Below, piece after piece: positions 19,971 to 29,206 of a stretch of 64,000 nucleotides of DNA; positions within the stretch are counted from its first letter, which is position 1; the number at the start of each line of letters is the position of its first letter. The DNA comes from Escherichia phage KEP1, in sequence record PP047755; one strand, given 5' to 3'. The notes beneath the pieces are model-generated. The model was given only the letters and a program-made list of their open reading frames with translations, searched no databases and was not told where the DNA came from. The position numbers and the translations under genes are program-made.

Positions 19971-22113
19971 ATGGAAAACGTAGATTTTAAAAACTTACAT
20001 TTAGTTGGTGATACAGAAACTGATGGTTTACTCCTTGAGTTCACTAAAGTGCACGTAATGGCTTTCGCAGACTATAAATCTGACGATGAAGAGCCACCTG
20101 TATGGGTCTTTACAGATGAGCCTATCCTCGGTCACAAGTATACCAAGTACATTAAGGGTGGTTTGCGTGAAGGTGTTGAGTTTGCGTTAAAGGCGAAACG
20201 TCTTTGCATCCATAATGGTCTCGGTTATGACTGGTGGGTTTTCAATCACATTGCACCTGATTTATGGAACTTTGATAATCCAAAGTGTAAACCGTGGAGT
20301 AATTTCTTTCAGGATTCTCTTATCCAGTCTCGTGTTCAGTGGATGGATAGGCCAACTCCAAAGGGTTATAAAGGTGCTCATGGCTTGGCTGCATGGGGTG
20401 CTCGTGTTGGTGTTCGTAAACCAGAGATTGAGCATTGGGGTGTATGGAATGCAGAAATCTTCACTCGTGTTGTAGAAGATATTCGTATTAACGCCAAAAC
20501 TAAACGGGCACTTGATAATGAGTATCTCAAGCTTAAGAAGTGTGGCATAGACACTTATGAAACCTATATGCGAGCTAAAGAAACATCTTTCTGGATGAGT
20601 CAACAAGCTATCAATGGTTGGAAAGCTGATAAAGAGCTTATGGAGTTTCATGTAAAGGAGCTTGACAAGTTGACTAATGAGCTTGCTTCAGAGGTTGAAC
20701 CACATCTACCTCCAACTATTAAGACCAAAGGTAAAGTCACTGGAGAAGAATTTGCAAAAGCTTGGAATGAGTATGTTGAAACATTTGGTCATGCAGATGG
20801 ACTGAAAAGAATTACCAAGTATCCTAAGACAAAGTATCGTCAACAGGTGCGTAACGGTGAGATGCAGACATACGAAATCAAGCCATTTGGTAAGCCAACT
20901 ACAAAGATTTTTAACATTGAAAAGAGAAATTGCTATACACCAACCAACTCTGTAACTGGTGAAGAGTACAAGGAAGGTTTTGTAGCAATGAAGGATGCTC
21001 GTGCAATTTGCAATGAGTTGAATGCAAAGATTGGTAAGAAGTGCAAAGACTGGAAGCCAGTAAAAACAGTTAAAACTGTGAAGTACTATAACAGCCATGT
21101 CGTTAACCACTTTGAGCTTGAGTCAAGTCGCTACACAGGTTTGATTGATGCACCATATACACCAATTGAGTTCGAAGTTTCTCGTATGACTCAGGTAGCA
21201 GTTGTTAAAGACTACTTGAAATCAGTTGGTTGGATTCCAGATGACTGGAACTATAAGAAAGACTCAGATGGCCGTCCTGTTAAGGTTTGTCGTTTCAAAG
21301 ACAACAAAAAGAGGATTACTAAGCACCCTAAATGGGATGAGATGGTTGAACGGTGTGGTTTGAGTTATGTTGAACATGAAGGTGTACAGTACATAGAGCA
21401 TAACTGGTCTGTTAAGAAATACACAGATTTGCTTGAACCTTGCTTAATCCGTACTTCACCAAAACTTACTGAATCATCTTATGATACGATTGAAGGTGAG
21501 CTTGGACAGAAGATTGCTAAGTACTATACTTTGATGCACAGACGTAGAACTATTGAGAACTCAAAGGATGATGAAAAAGGTTGGTTGAACCAGATTCGTC
21601 CTGATGGTCGCCTTAGTGCTGGCGCAATGGTGTTTGGTACTTCAACTGGACGTATGACACAATATGGTATTGTAAACGTACCGTCTGGTGCTGCTGTCTA
21701 TGGAGCACCTATGAGGGAGGTGTGGATTTGCGAGGAGGGGACTAATATCGTTTCAGTTGACCAGAACTCTGCACAGCTAGTTCTTCTTTGTAACTTTATG
21801 GGTGACAAAGACTTCACTAAAGCGGTAACTGAGGGTAAAGAGTCAGTAGAGTTCACTAAGCAAGATGACGGTAGATACTATTGCAAGCATCTCGATAAGT
21901 ATCTTAATCCAGAAACTGACAAGTATCTTCGTTATGATGCTGAGAACGACCTCTACGAAGTCTACACAGGGACTGATGCGCATACACTGAACAGTATTTA
22001 CTTTGGTCTGAACAAGGAAGAAGACATTGTTCGTTGTAGGGAGACACAGGATGAGGAACTTCTCCACGAGATTACAAAAGGTCGTAAGAAAGCCAAAAAT
22101 GGCATTTATGCGT
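19971..22113 (+). CDS. DNA polymerase (family A, T7 gp5-like), exon 1 (ORF-track frame 19941-22154 reads through into the intervening sequence)
   Basis: Start at MENVDF after GGGAG RBS; T7 gp5-like motifs HNGLGYDWW, AHGLAAWGARVG, motif A-like VSVDQNSAQL; coding sense ends in motif B at KAKNGIYA. Confidence 0.75.
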
Positions 22114-22381
22114 CAGTGGCGCATGTAAAACGTTGTGAATTGCTGGAAGCCTAAGTCTGTAAAGATATGGTAATCAGCAGCGAAGCCTCTTAAGAGGAAC
22201 GTTCAGAGACTATCGAAAAGCATACTTAACGTATGAACTGAGTAGAGTAGGGTGGTAAGCTAATGACCATTCCCAAGTGCAACGGTAGTATTACTACTAC
22301 GTGATATAGTCCGACACTCCGTAGAAATGCGGAGAAGTTCATAAGAGAACTGGTACACCTTGCGAGTGTATTGACCAGATG
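22114..22381 (+). other. Intervening sequence splitting the DNA polymerase gene; probable self-splicing (group-I-like) intron, boundaries approximate
   Basis: Exon 1 stops inside motif B; exon 2 resumes with LFGAGDEK in another frame; about 270 nt between, with stops in the exon frames; proposed junction follows a T (22113) and the intron ends on a G (22381), giving IYALLFGAGDEK. Confidence 0.5.
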
Positions 22382-22938
22382 TATTGTTCGGTGCAGGTGA
22401 TGAGAAGTTTGCAAAAACTATCAAGGCATCATCTACGGAAGAAGGTGCATTGACTAAACAAACTTACTATATGCGTCTGCCAAAGATTAAGAAGTTACTT
22501 GATAGCTTAGAAGCCGATTTTAAGGCGTCTAAAAAGGCTCTGGAAGAGGTTTTTGGGAAGAATTCTTCAATTGCTAAAGGTGGTTATATCAGGGTCGCTG
22601 GAGCATGGATATGGTGCAAATCTCCACATAAACTACTGAACTACCTCCTGATGAGTTCGGAAGCACAGATTCAGAATGAGGCCATCAACCTAGCAGCAAG
22701 AAAAGCCTGTGAAGATGGCCTGACAAAACTGAATGCTCGAAAACCAGCTATCGGAGCAAGGTTACTTCTGGCATATCACGATGAAAATAGTTGGGAATGT
22801 CCAGAGGGTATGACACATGATATGAAAGCAATTGCTGACTGGATGTATGGACAAGCTTCAAAAAACTTAGGTTTGAGGAAAGAAACACTTGTAACTGGTA
22901 CAGCAAAGGTTGGTAAGAGCTGGTATGAGGTACATTGA
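22382..22938 (+). CDS. DNA polymerase (family A), exon 2 / C-terminal part (motif B remainder and motif C)
   Basis: ORF track 22384-22938 starts at a TTG; LFGAGDEKFAKTI continues motif B; LLAYHDENSWECPEG matches the Pol A motif C HDE. Confidence 0.7.
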
Positions 22939-22941
22939 TTA

Positions 22942-23475
22942 ATGGATTTAATTTTACAAAAACGTTTAAAGGAGCTGCTGCACTATGACCCCGAAACAGG
23001 GGTCTTTACTTGGCTTCGTAGAGAAGGTAAATCAAGAGCTGTTAGTGTTTTTAACAGTAATTATGCAGGAAAGGTGGCAGGTAATATCCAGACTGATTCA
23101 AGTGGTCATAAACAGATTAGTATCTATTTTGACAAGAAAGCACATAAAGCACACAGACTCGCATGGCTTTACGTGTATGGCAAGATGCCAAAAGGTATCA
23201 TTGACCATATCAACGGAGACTCACTTGACAACAGGATTGTAAACTTAAGGGAAGCAGATGACTTTCAAAGTGCTTGGAATAAAGGTAAGCTAGTCACCAA
23301 TAAATCTGGGTACAAGGGTGTAAGTCTTAAGAAGAAGTCTGGTAAGTGGGTCGCACAGATAAGTTATAGAGGTAAGAAGATGTTTTTAGGTTATCATGAC
23401 ACACCTGAAGAAGCCCATAAAGCTTACTGTAAAGCTGCTGTGAAACTCCACGGAGAGTTTGCAAAACTAAGTTGA
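22942..23475 (+). CDS. HNH-type homing endonuclease with AP2-like domain (free-standing, immediately downstream of the DNA polymerase)
   Basis: 177 aa; paralogue of 12578-13102; His/Asn pattern DHINGDSLDNRIVNLRE. Confidence 0.75.
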   Translation: MDLILQKRLKELLHYDPETGVFTWLRREGKSRAVSVFNSNYAGKVAGNIQTDSSGHKQISIYFDKKAHKAHRLAWLYVYGKMPKGIIDHINGDSLDNRIVNLREADDFQSAWNKGKLVTNKSGYKGVSLKKKSGKWVAQISYRGKKMFLGYHDTPEEAHKAYCKAAVKLHGEFAKLS

Positions 23476-23526
23476 CAAGGTGCTCATGGAAGAGTACCTT
23501 ATACAATATCTTATATAGGAGGGCTT

Positions 23527-23736
23527 ATGAGCCACCGTGGAAGAACCCATGCAGCAATGATGAAAGGTGCTTCAAAGGAAACTATCAAGAATCGTAAGCA
23601 GAAGTTGTTTGAGAGAATAAACAGGTTGATTGACAATTCATCTCTTTCAGGTTCTGAGAAGGTTTTCTTGAAAGGTAATCTGAAAAGCATTGCACAAGAA
23701 CTTGTAGATATTGAATATTGGAGACATCAAAAATGA
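23527..23736 (+). CDS. hypothetical protein
   Basis: 69-aa ORF. Confidence 0.45.
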   Translation: MSHRGRTHAAMMKGASKETIKNRKQKLFERINRLIDNSSLSGSEKVFLKGNLKSIAQELVDIEYWRHQK

Positions 23737-23951
23737 CACTTGCAGACGTTATTCAGCAACTTCATGATAACTGCTACACTCCAGAGTTAATTCAGGAGAT
23801 GTCCATTGTAGTCATGCCTAGCAAGTTCGTAAAAACCTTTAACAACGACGCTTTAAGGTCTACACACATCCTTATCGTTGACGGTAAGATTGCAAAAGAC
23901 CGTACTGGAGTACTTAAAGGTGAACGTATTGATATTCTGGAGTTGCTATGA
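23718..23951 (+). CDS. hypothetical protein (start more likely at about 23733)
   Basis: 77-aa ORF; internal Met preceded by GGAGA. Confidence 0.45.
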   Translation: METSKMTLADVIQQLHDNCYTPELIQEMSIVVMPSKFVKTFNNDALRSTHILIVDGKIAKDRTGVLKGERIDILELL

Positions 23952-24083
23952 AGAAAATGTACAGTCTCTGGGGAAGGGTTGGTAAAGGTTTTGACTGGAC
24001 ACTTCTTCGTTCAAACGTTAAACGTAGTGAATTACCAGAACTCATTACTCACTATTTAAAAACATACAGAGAGGTAGACTATC

Positions 24084-24341
24084 GTGAACAATAAGGTTAA
24101 GAGTTGTGTGAAAGCAATGGTTGCACTTGGAGTAATTTTTCTATCTGGCTGCAACCCCTCTTACGAGGACAAAAACGCTTCTTATAGCCTCCCACCAGAG
24201 ATGCAAGACTGCAAAGTCTATAAGTTACATGGTGATGCCATAAGCAGAGATATTGTTGTTGTCAGATGTCCAAACTCTCAAACAACAACATCTTATAGTT
24301 ATGGGAAAAATGGTCAATCACACACTACGGTTATTGAGTGA
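24084..24341 (+). CDS. Small lipoprotein (signal peptide plus lipobox)
   Basis: 85 aa; MVALGVIFLSGC contains lipobox LSGC; short mature domain. Confidence 0.6.
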   Translation: MNNKVKSCVKAMVALGVIFLSGCNPSYEDKNASYSLPPEMQDCKVYKLHGDAISRDIVVVRCPNSQTTTSYSYGKNGQSHTTVIE

Positions 24342-24351
24342 GGTTTTCACG

Positions 24352-24558
24352 ATGGAAGTCCTAGTAAACTATATCTATTGTTATGATGTTGTTCACTCCA
24401 CTACAACCGTAGCTCAACGTAACCCAATCGTCCCACGAGAAGGTGAGTTGGTTCGCATCGAGGGTTGGACTTACACTGTGGAAAGCATCATCCATAAGTT
24501 TGATGTTGCTGGTGATGTTCAAGTTATCGACGTAGAGATTGGTGGTAAGAGAAAATGA
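24352..24558 (+). CDS. hypothetical protein (ORF-track frame 24253-24558, start trimmed to internal Met)
   Basis: MEVLVNYIY preceded by GAGG; the longer ORF overlaps the lipoprotein gene. Confidence 0.4.
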   Translation: MEVLVNYIYCYDVVHSTTTVAQRNPIVPREGELVRIEGWTYTVESIIHKFDVAGDVQVIDVEIGGKRK

Positions 24559-24714
24559 AACCTAAGCAAACAATGACAGATGCAACCTTCACAGTGCGCA
24601 GTTTCGAAAGGTTGCACATCAAAGATGCAAAAAATACACCAAAATGCGTTGTGCATTTCATTAAAAGGCGTAGTAACATGTCATATATGAAATCTGACAA
24701 AGGCAAGAGATAAA

Positions 24715-24906
24715 ATGAACAAAGAAGATAAGCATAAAAATGCTGTACGAACTCCTGATGGAAAGGTTCAATCCTTCATCCTTACAGTTGATGGAAAGCC
24801 ATTTCGTTGCCACTGCGGAGCAAACTGTTTTCATAAACCAGATAAAAATGACTTAGAGCTTTACGCATGTAATGCTTGCAATACTTGGTATCACTCAGAG
24901 GAATAA
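24715..24906 (+). CDS. hypothetical zinc-ribbon protein
   Basis: 63 aa; CHCG...CNACN cysteine pairs. Confidence 0.45.
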   Translation: MNKEDKHKNAVRTPDGKVQSFILTVDGKPFRCHCGANCFHKPDKNDLELYACNACNTWYHSEE

Positions 24907-24907
24907 A

Positions 24908-26011
24908 ATGACAACTCTATACAAACAAAATAAAGATGGCTCTTTTAACGTCTGGTCATGTGTCGCTGTAGGTGACAAAGTTATTACAACCTACGGTAAA
25001 GAAAATGGCAAGATGATGTTTGAAGAGTATACAGCAGAACCTAAAAACATCGGTAAAAAGAACGAGCGTAACGCTGAACAGCAAGCTCTCTTTGAAGTTG
25101 CTGCTAAGTATAAAAAACAAGTTGACCGCAAAGGTTATGCTTACACAAAAGAGTCTGCACAGAATACTGAGAAGGTAGGTGTACAGCTTGCTCATGATGC
25201 TGCAAAGGTTAGTCATGCAAAGTATCTGAAGTTCCCTGCTGATGCTCAACCGAAACTTGATGGTGTCCGTTGTAGGATTTCAAGGCACTTAAGTATTGGC
25301 AGTGTATTCACAGCATATTCTCGTGAAAATACTGTTTACAAAATCCCTACTGAACTAATACCTGACATTATGGCAATGTTAAGGCTCCACAAAGATGTTG
25401 ATGAATTTGATGGAGAGATTTATGCTCATGGGTGGGACTTAGAAGATATCGTCTCTATGATTAAAAATGAAGACAATCCTGACAGACACCTGCTCAAGTT
25501 TTACTGGTATGATATTTGTGACAGCACTAAGACGTGGCCTGAGCGTAGAGATATTATTGAGACTTCACCATTGAATGACTTTAGAGACGGCTGTAGAGTT
25601 GTCCCTGTTAAGTCTCGTCGTGTAAATTCTTGGGAAGAGTTTGATGAAGCTCATGATAAGTGGGTTGAAGCTAAGTTTGAAGGTGCAATGTACCGTTCAA
25701 TCTCTGAAGACTCCTTCTATGAGTGTTGTCACCGTTCATACTTCTTGATTAAGCACAAGAAGATGCACACTGAAGAGTTTAAAGTGACTGGTGTAAAGAC
25801 TGATAAGCGTGGTCATGGCAAGTTCGTTGTAGAGACTCTTCCTAACGTCTTTGTAGATGTCTCATGGAAGACTACTCATGAGAAGAAACAGTATCTTGCT
25901 GAGCATCCTGAAGAGTTTATCGGGAAGCCTCTAACGGTTCAGTTCCAGAAGATGACTCGTAAGGGTTCTTTACAGTTCCCTGTCGGGCTAGTTATTAGGG
26001 ATTATGAATAA
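24908..26011 (+). CDS. ATP-dependent DNA ligase
   Basis: Start trimmed to MTTLYK after GAGGAA RBS; adenylation motif I PKLDGVRC (KxDG); T7/T4 ligase-like length. Confidence 0.8.
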   Translation: MTTLYKQNKDGSFNVWSCVAVGDKVITTYGKENGKMMFEEYTAEPKNIGKKNERNAEQQALFEVAAKYKKQVDRKGYAYTKESAQNTEKVGVQLAHDAAKVSHAKYLKFPADAQPKLDGVRCRISRHLSIGSVFTAYSRENTVYKIPTELIPDIMAMLRLHKDVDEFDGEIYAHGWDLEDIVSMIKNEDNPDRHLLKFYWYDICDSTKTWPERRDIIETSPLNDFRDGCRVVPVKSRRVNSWEEFDEAHDKWVEAKFEGAMYRSISEDSFYECCHRSYFLIKHKKMHTEEFKVTGVKTDKRGHGKFVVETLPNVFVDVSWKTTHEKKQYLAEHPEEFIGKPLTVQFQKMTRKGSLQFPVGLVIRDYE

Positions 26012-26014
26012 ACT

Positions 26015-26161
26015 ATGTTCAGTACAGTCATTCTGTTTATACTGGTTGTCTTTGTATTGTCATACGTTGCAAGTAAGCTTTTGGACACATCTTTTGCAAT
26101 GGGTGTCTTGTTTACAATCTTTTGTTTCGTGACACATATAGCTATCAGGACTTTTATATAA
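26015..26161 (+). CDS. possible small hydrophobic membrane protein (48 aa), not in ORF track
   Basis: Manual translation MFSTVILFILVVFVLSYVASKLLDTSFAMGVLFTIFCFVTHIAIRTFI; two hydrophobic segments; starts 4 nt after the ligase stop. Confidence 0.4.
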   Translation: MFSTVILFILVVFVLSYVASKLLDTSFAMGVLFTIFCFVTHIAIRTFI

Positions 26162-26168
26162 AAAGCTG

Positions 26169-26196
26169 TTGACATAGAAAATTTGGTGAGTATACT
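26169..26196 (+). promoter_or_regulatory. Sigma70-like promoter (TTGACA - 16 nt - TATACT)
   Basis: Near-consensus -35 and -10 hexamers with 16-nt spacer. Confidence 0.55.
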
Positions 26197-26310
26197 GAGC
26201 AGCATAAACCAACAGGTACTCACCAGCATCACTTAAGAGTCTTTCTAAGAGGGTTTTTAAGTGATGTCCGGTCGGGTGAGGTAGGGTTAAGTATTGTCCG
26301 GTACGGTCGG

Positions 26311-26350
26311 GTAAAGTACGGTACGGTAAGGTAAAGTACGGTATGGTAAG
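26311..26350. repeat. 20-bp tandem direct repeat x2 within a GT-rich non-coding region
   Basis: GTAAAGTACGGTACGGTAAG followed by GTAAAGTACGGTATGGTAAG; flanked by further GGTA/CGGT-rich sequence (26270-26380, 26440-26500). Confidence 0.7.
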
Positions 26351-26549
26351 GCAAGGCTAGGTCTGGTATGGGTAGTTAGTCTCAGCTACATTAAAATGAG
26401 ACTTACCTTTTTAAAAGGTCTTTAAGAGGGTCTTTTAACAAGGCGGGGTGCGGCTCGGTCTGGTTGTGTGAGGTTCTGTTTGGCTAGGTAAGGTATGGAA
26501 GGATGGCAGTAGCCTTATAAAAAATCTGCCAAATAAGCTATAAAATCTG

Positions 26550-26578
26550 TTGACAAGTCAGGTGTTATAGCTTATTTT
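26550..26578 (+). promoter_or_regulatory. Sigma70-like promoter (TTGACA - 17 nt - TATTTT) upstream of the 26623 gene
   Basis: Consensus -35, 17-nt spacer, A/T-rich -10; shares CTGTTGACA with the 26169 promoter. Confidence 0.5.
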
Positions 26579-26622
26579 TATACTCAATGTAATACAAAAT
26601 TTAATATAACTTTGAGGTCATT

Positions 26623-27006
26623 ATGAAAAAGATTTTATTAGCTGCTGCAATGGTTATGGCAATGAATTTACCAGTCAATGCAACAGAACTTCCAAATGTG
26701 GACTTATCAGGTGTTCCAGAAGACACTTGTCAGATTGTTAAAGGTGTTGCTCTAGCTAATGGCGAGCTACTTAAACCAATCTCTGAAGAGTCTTTAACAG
26801 AGATGACTGATAAGGTAACTGACTATCAGTATCGTGTTCTTGCAGAGTATTTCCTGCAATCTGCAAATATTAAAGAGAAGCACCCTGATGATATTGATGT
26901 ACAGACTATGCTTAATCATCGTATCCAGTTTAAAGAGGATTTGATGCAAAAAGCCATGTATGGTGTTGAGTATTTCTTAGAAAACAGAAGCTGCACAGGT
27001 ATTTGA
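26623..27006 (+). CDS. Secreted/periplasmic protein with N-terminal signal peptide
   Basis: 127 aa; MKKILLAAAMVMAMNLPVNA is a typical Sec signal; directly downstream of the promoter. Confidence 0.55.
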   Translation: MKKILLAAAMVMAMNLPVNATELPNVDLSGVPEDTCQIVKGVALANGELLKPISEESLTEMTDKVTDYQYRVLAEYFLQSANIKEKHPDDIDVQTMLNHRIQFKEDLMQKAMYGVEYFLENRSCTGI

Positions 27007-27007
27007 T

Positions 27008-27220
27008 ATGGCTCTTAAAAAGTTACATCCCAGAAGCGGTTATGGTAAGATAATTGATGATACAGACGGCTTTACAGTCTTTACAGTTATCTGTCAAGAT
27101 GATTCACAGATTGAAAAGATTCTTGACGATTATCTTAACGATGAACGTGAAAAGGTTAGGGCTACAAACATAGATTCATTGATTGACACTTCACGCAAAC
27201 GGAAGAAGAAAGATGAATGA
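27008..27220 (+). CDS. hypothetical protein
   Basis: 70-aa ORF. Confidence 0.45.
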   Translation: MALKKLHPRSGYGKIIDDTDGFTVFTVICQDDSQIEKILDDYLNDEREKVRATNIDSLIDTSRKRKKKDE

Positions 27221-27512
27221 GGTTTTTGACCCTTATGCTCCACAAGATGATTGGGAGGCTGACAGAGAGGCTGAAATGGAGAGTTATATTTGTCCAATGG
27301 ATGTAGACGAAATGAGAGACTTCGTTGCACATCGTTTTAAGAGAGAGATTAAGTCCAGAGGTCTTTCTCAAGAGCAAGTTGCTAAAATTTGTGGTATCTC
27401 TCAGGCTCGTGTATCCAACATAATCCACCTCACTGGTAATGTCTCGCTTGAGTATATGTTGGAAGTATGCGAAAAATTCGGTGTTAATTTTAATTTAAGG
27501 CTGGCAGATTAA
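27183..27512 (+). CDS. Helix-turn-helix DNA-binding protein
   Basis: 109 aa; LSQEQVAKICGISQARVSNI is an HTH-like segment. Confidence 0.5.
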   Translation: MTLHANGRRKMNEVFDPYAPQDDWEADREAEMESYICPMDVDEMRDFVAHRFKREIKSRGLSQEQVAKICGISQARVSNIIHLTGNVSLEYMLEVCEKFGVNFNLRLAD

Positions 27513-27513
27513 T

Positions 27514-27873
27514 ATGAAACGTGAAAACATTATCCACTCTGAAAACTTCGCATTAGGCTTTTATGGTGCACCTACTCACCTTGAAAAGTATTATGGCGTG
27601 AAGATTCTTTCCAATCTCATTATGGCTTACAAAGATGGTAAGATTAAGCATACTGAGAAGAAACGTGTCATGGGTTATATGGCTGTAGGTTCAGCAATCT
27701 CAAACATTAAGCTGGAGACAACCAGTAGCCAGATTGTGAAAGACCACTTCATCAAAGAACTTTACCACAATCTTGATGGTGTAGATGTTCAGGCTGTTTG
27801 GCTGGATGTTGATGGTCACAACTACACAAGCTTCGTTTTCAAAAACGATGACATCAAATGTCTGTTCCCATAA
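27514..27873 (+). CDS. hypothetical protein
   Basis: 119-aa ORF. Confidence 0.5.
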   Translation: MKRENIIHSENFALGFYGAPTHLEKYYGVKILSNLIMAYKDGKIKHTEKKRVMGYMAVGSAISNIKLETTSSQIVKDHFIKELYHNLDGVDVQAVWLDVDGHNYTSFVFKNDDIKCLFP

Positions 27874-27886
27874 TAGGTGATGAATT

Positions 27887-28402
27887 ATGATTGATATATA
27901 CTTACAAGATGCTCATGCAGATTTCCTTAAAGTGATGCTTAAAAAGTTTATGGCTTCACAGGGTGATAATGAAGCATCTTTTAAAATAGTTACATGTGGC
28001 GATGAAGCTGGTTTTGTTGAGATTGAACATGAAGGTACTGGAAAGATTGTTTGCAAGCTACCTGATAGCATGTTCTCTAGCACATTCTTAGCAAAGACTA
28101 GCATAAATGTTAAGCTTGTGCCTCAGATTGAAACATACTCTGGTACAGATTACCCTAAAGGTTTTAAGTCACTGATGAAGTACTTCTTAGATGACTTTGT
28201 GAGTAATCTTCTGAGAGAGGTAAAAGAAAGCCGTACAGTGTTGACTATAGAGAATATGGGAGGCACTATTAGGGTTACTTCTGACTGTTTTGTTATGAGC
28301 CTCTTCGACTTCGTTCCTAAGAACTTTGATGGTATTCTGGATGAAGAAGATGACTGTGTAGACTTTATATTGGTTCTTGAACCAGTTTTTGAGGTTAAAT
28401 AG
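27887..28402 (+). CDS. hypothetical protein
   Basis: 171-aa ORF. Confidence 0.5.
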   Translation: MIDIYLQDAHADFLKVMLKKFMASQGDNEASFKIVTCGDEAGFVEIEHEGTGKIVCKLPDSMFSSTFLAKTSINVKLVPQIETYSGTDYPKGFKSLMKYFLDDFVSNLLREVKESRTVLTIENMGGTIRVTSDCFVMSLFDFVPKNFDGILDEEDDCVDFILVLEPVFEVK

Positions 28403-28663
28403 ATGAAAATTGAACACTGCTATGAGTCTGACGGAGCACCTATCCGTTGTCCACATTGTGGATGTACAGACTTACAAGGTGAGGTAAGTGAAATAGTCAA
28501 CGGTCATATTGCTGAAGAGAGTACAAGGTGTACAGGGTGTAGTGAAATCATTGCTTTCTGGGCTTACGGTTCATACCAACCTACACCACACTTAATCTAC
28601 CATAGCAATAAAGCTGTGAAGAATGTTATCAACTGGTTCATTAAGAAAGGGTTTACAAAATGA
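28403..28663 (+). CDS. hypothetical zinc-ribbon protein
   Basis: 86 aa; CPHCGC...CTGC cysteine pairs. Confidence 0.45.
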   Translation: MKIEHCYESDGAPIRCPHCGCTDLQGEVSEIVNGHIAEESTRCTGCSEIIAFWAYGSYQPTPHLIYHSNKAVKNVINWFIKKGFTK

Positions 28664-29205
28664 TTAAATTAATCTTTGCAAGTGGTGAAAATGGTGAGTT
28701 TGGCACTCCAACTGGTATGCCGTGGCCTCGACATAAACAGGATATGCAAGAGTTTAAGAGACTCACTAAAAACAACTTAGTAGTTATGGGTAACGAGACT
28801 TTCAAGACTCTGGGTAGTAAACCTTTACCAGAACGTGCAAACCTCATCTTAACAAATTCTGTACCATACTTAGGCATAGACTTTGGCAAAGATGAGGTAA
28901 TGTATGCTAAGGCCAGCAAAGAATCCTTTGGAGCATTTTTGAAGTATCTCGATAGCTCTATTGATGAAGATGTCTTTGTAATTGGTGGTGCAGGTGTCCT
29001 TGTCAATGCTTTACCATATGCTGGTGTAGTTTTCCATACAGTTTTCCATAAAGTTACTGAAGAGGCCACTGTGTATTTACCTTTTGAAAACTTCTTTGAG
29101 AAGCTGTATGATAACCGTGTATTTACAAAGGTACAGTCAAAACCATCAGAGGATGGTAAAGCAACCTTTGAAATTTATGTTCCACAAGTAAAAGGACACT
29201 TTTGA
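28660..29205 (+). CDS. Dihydrofolate reductase (T4 frd-like)
   Basis: 181 aa; N-terminus MIKLIFASGENGEFGTPTGMPWP and VVMGNETFKTLG parallel DHFR; immediately upstream of thyA. Confidence 0.75.
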   Translation: MIKLIFASGENGEFGTPTGMPWPRHKQDMQEFKRLTKNNLVVMGNETFKTLGSKPLPERANLILTNSVPYLGIDFGKDEVMYAKASKESFGAFLKYLDSSIDEDVFVIGGAGVLVNALPYAGVVFHTVFHKVTEEATVYLPFENFFEKLYDNRVFTKVQSKPSEDGKATFEIYVPQVKGHF

Positions 29206-29206
29206 T

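Noticed and set aside
22114-22381. Intein or simple frameshift as the explanation for the split DNA polymerase
   Set aside because: The intervening sequence has stop codons in the exon frames and is not an in-frame protein insertion, so it is not an intein. The split falls exactly inside motif B with about 270 nt between the parts, which a single-base frameshift would not produce.
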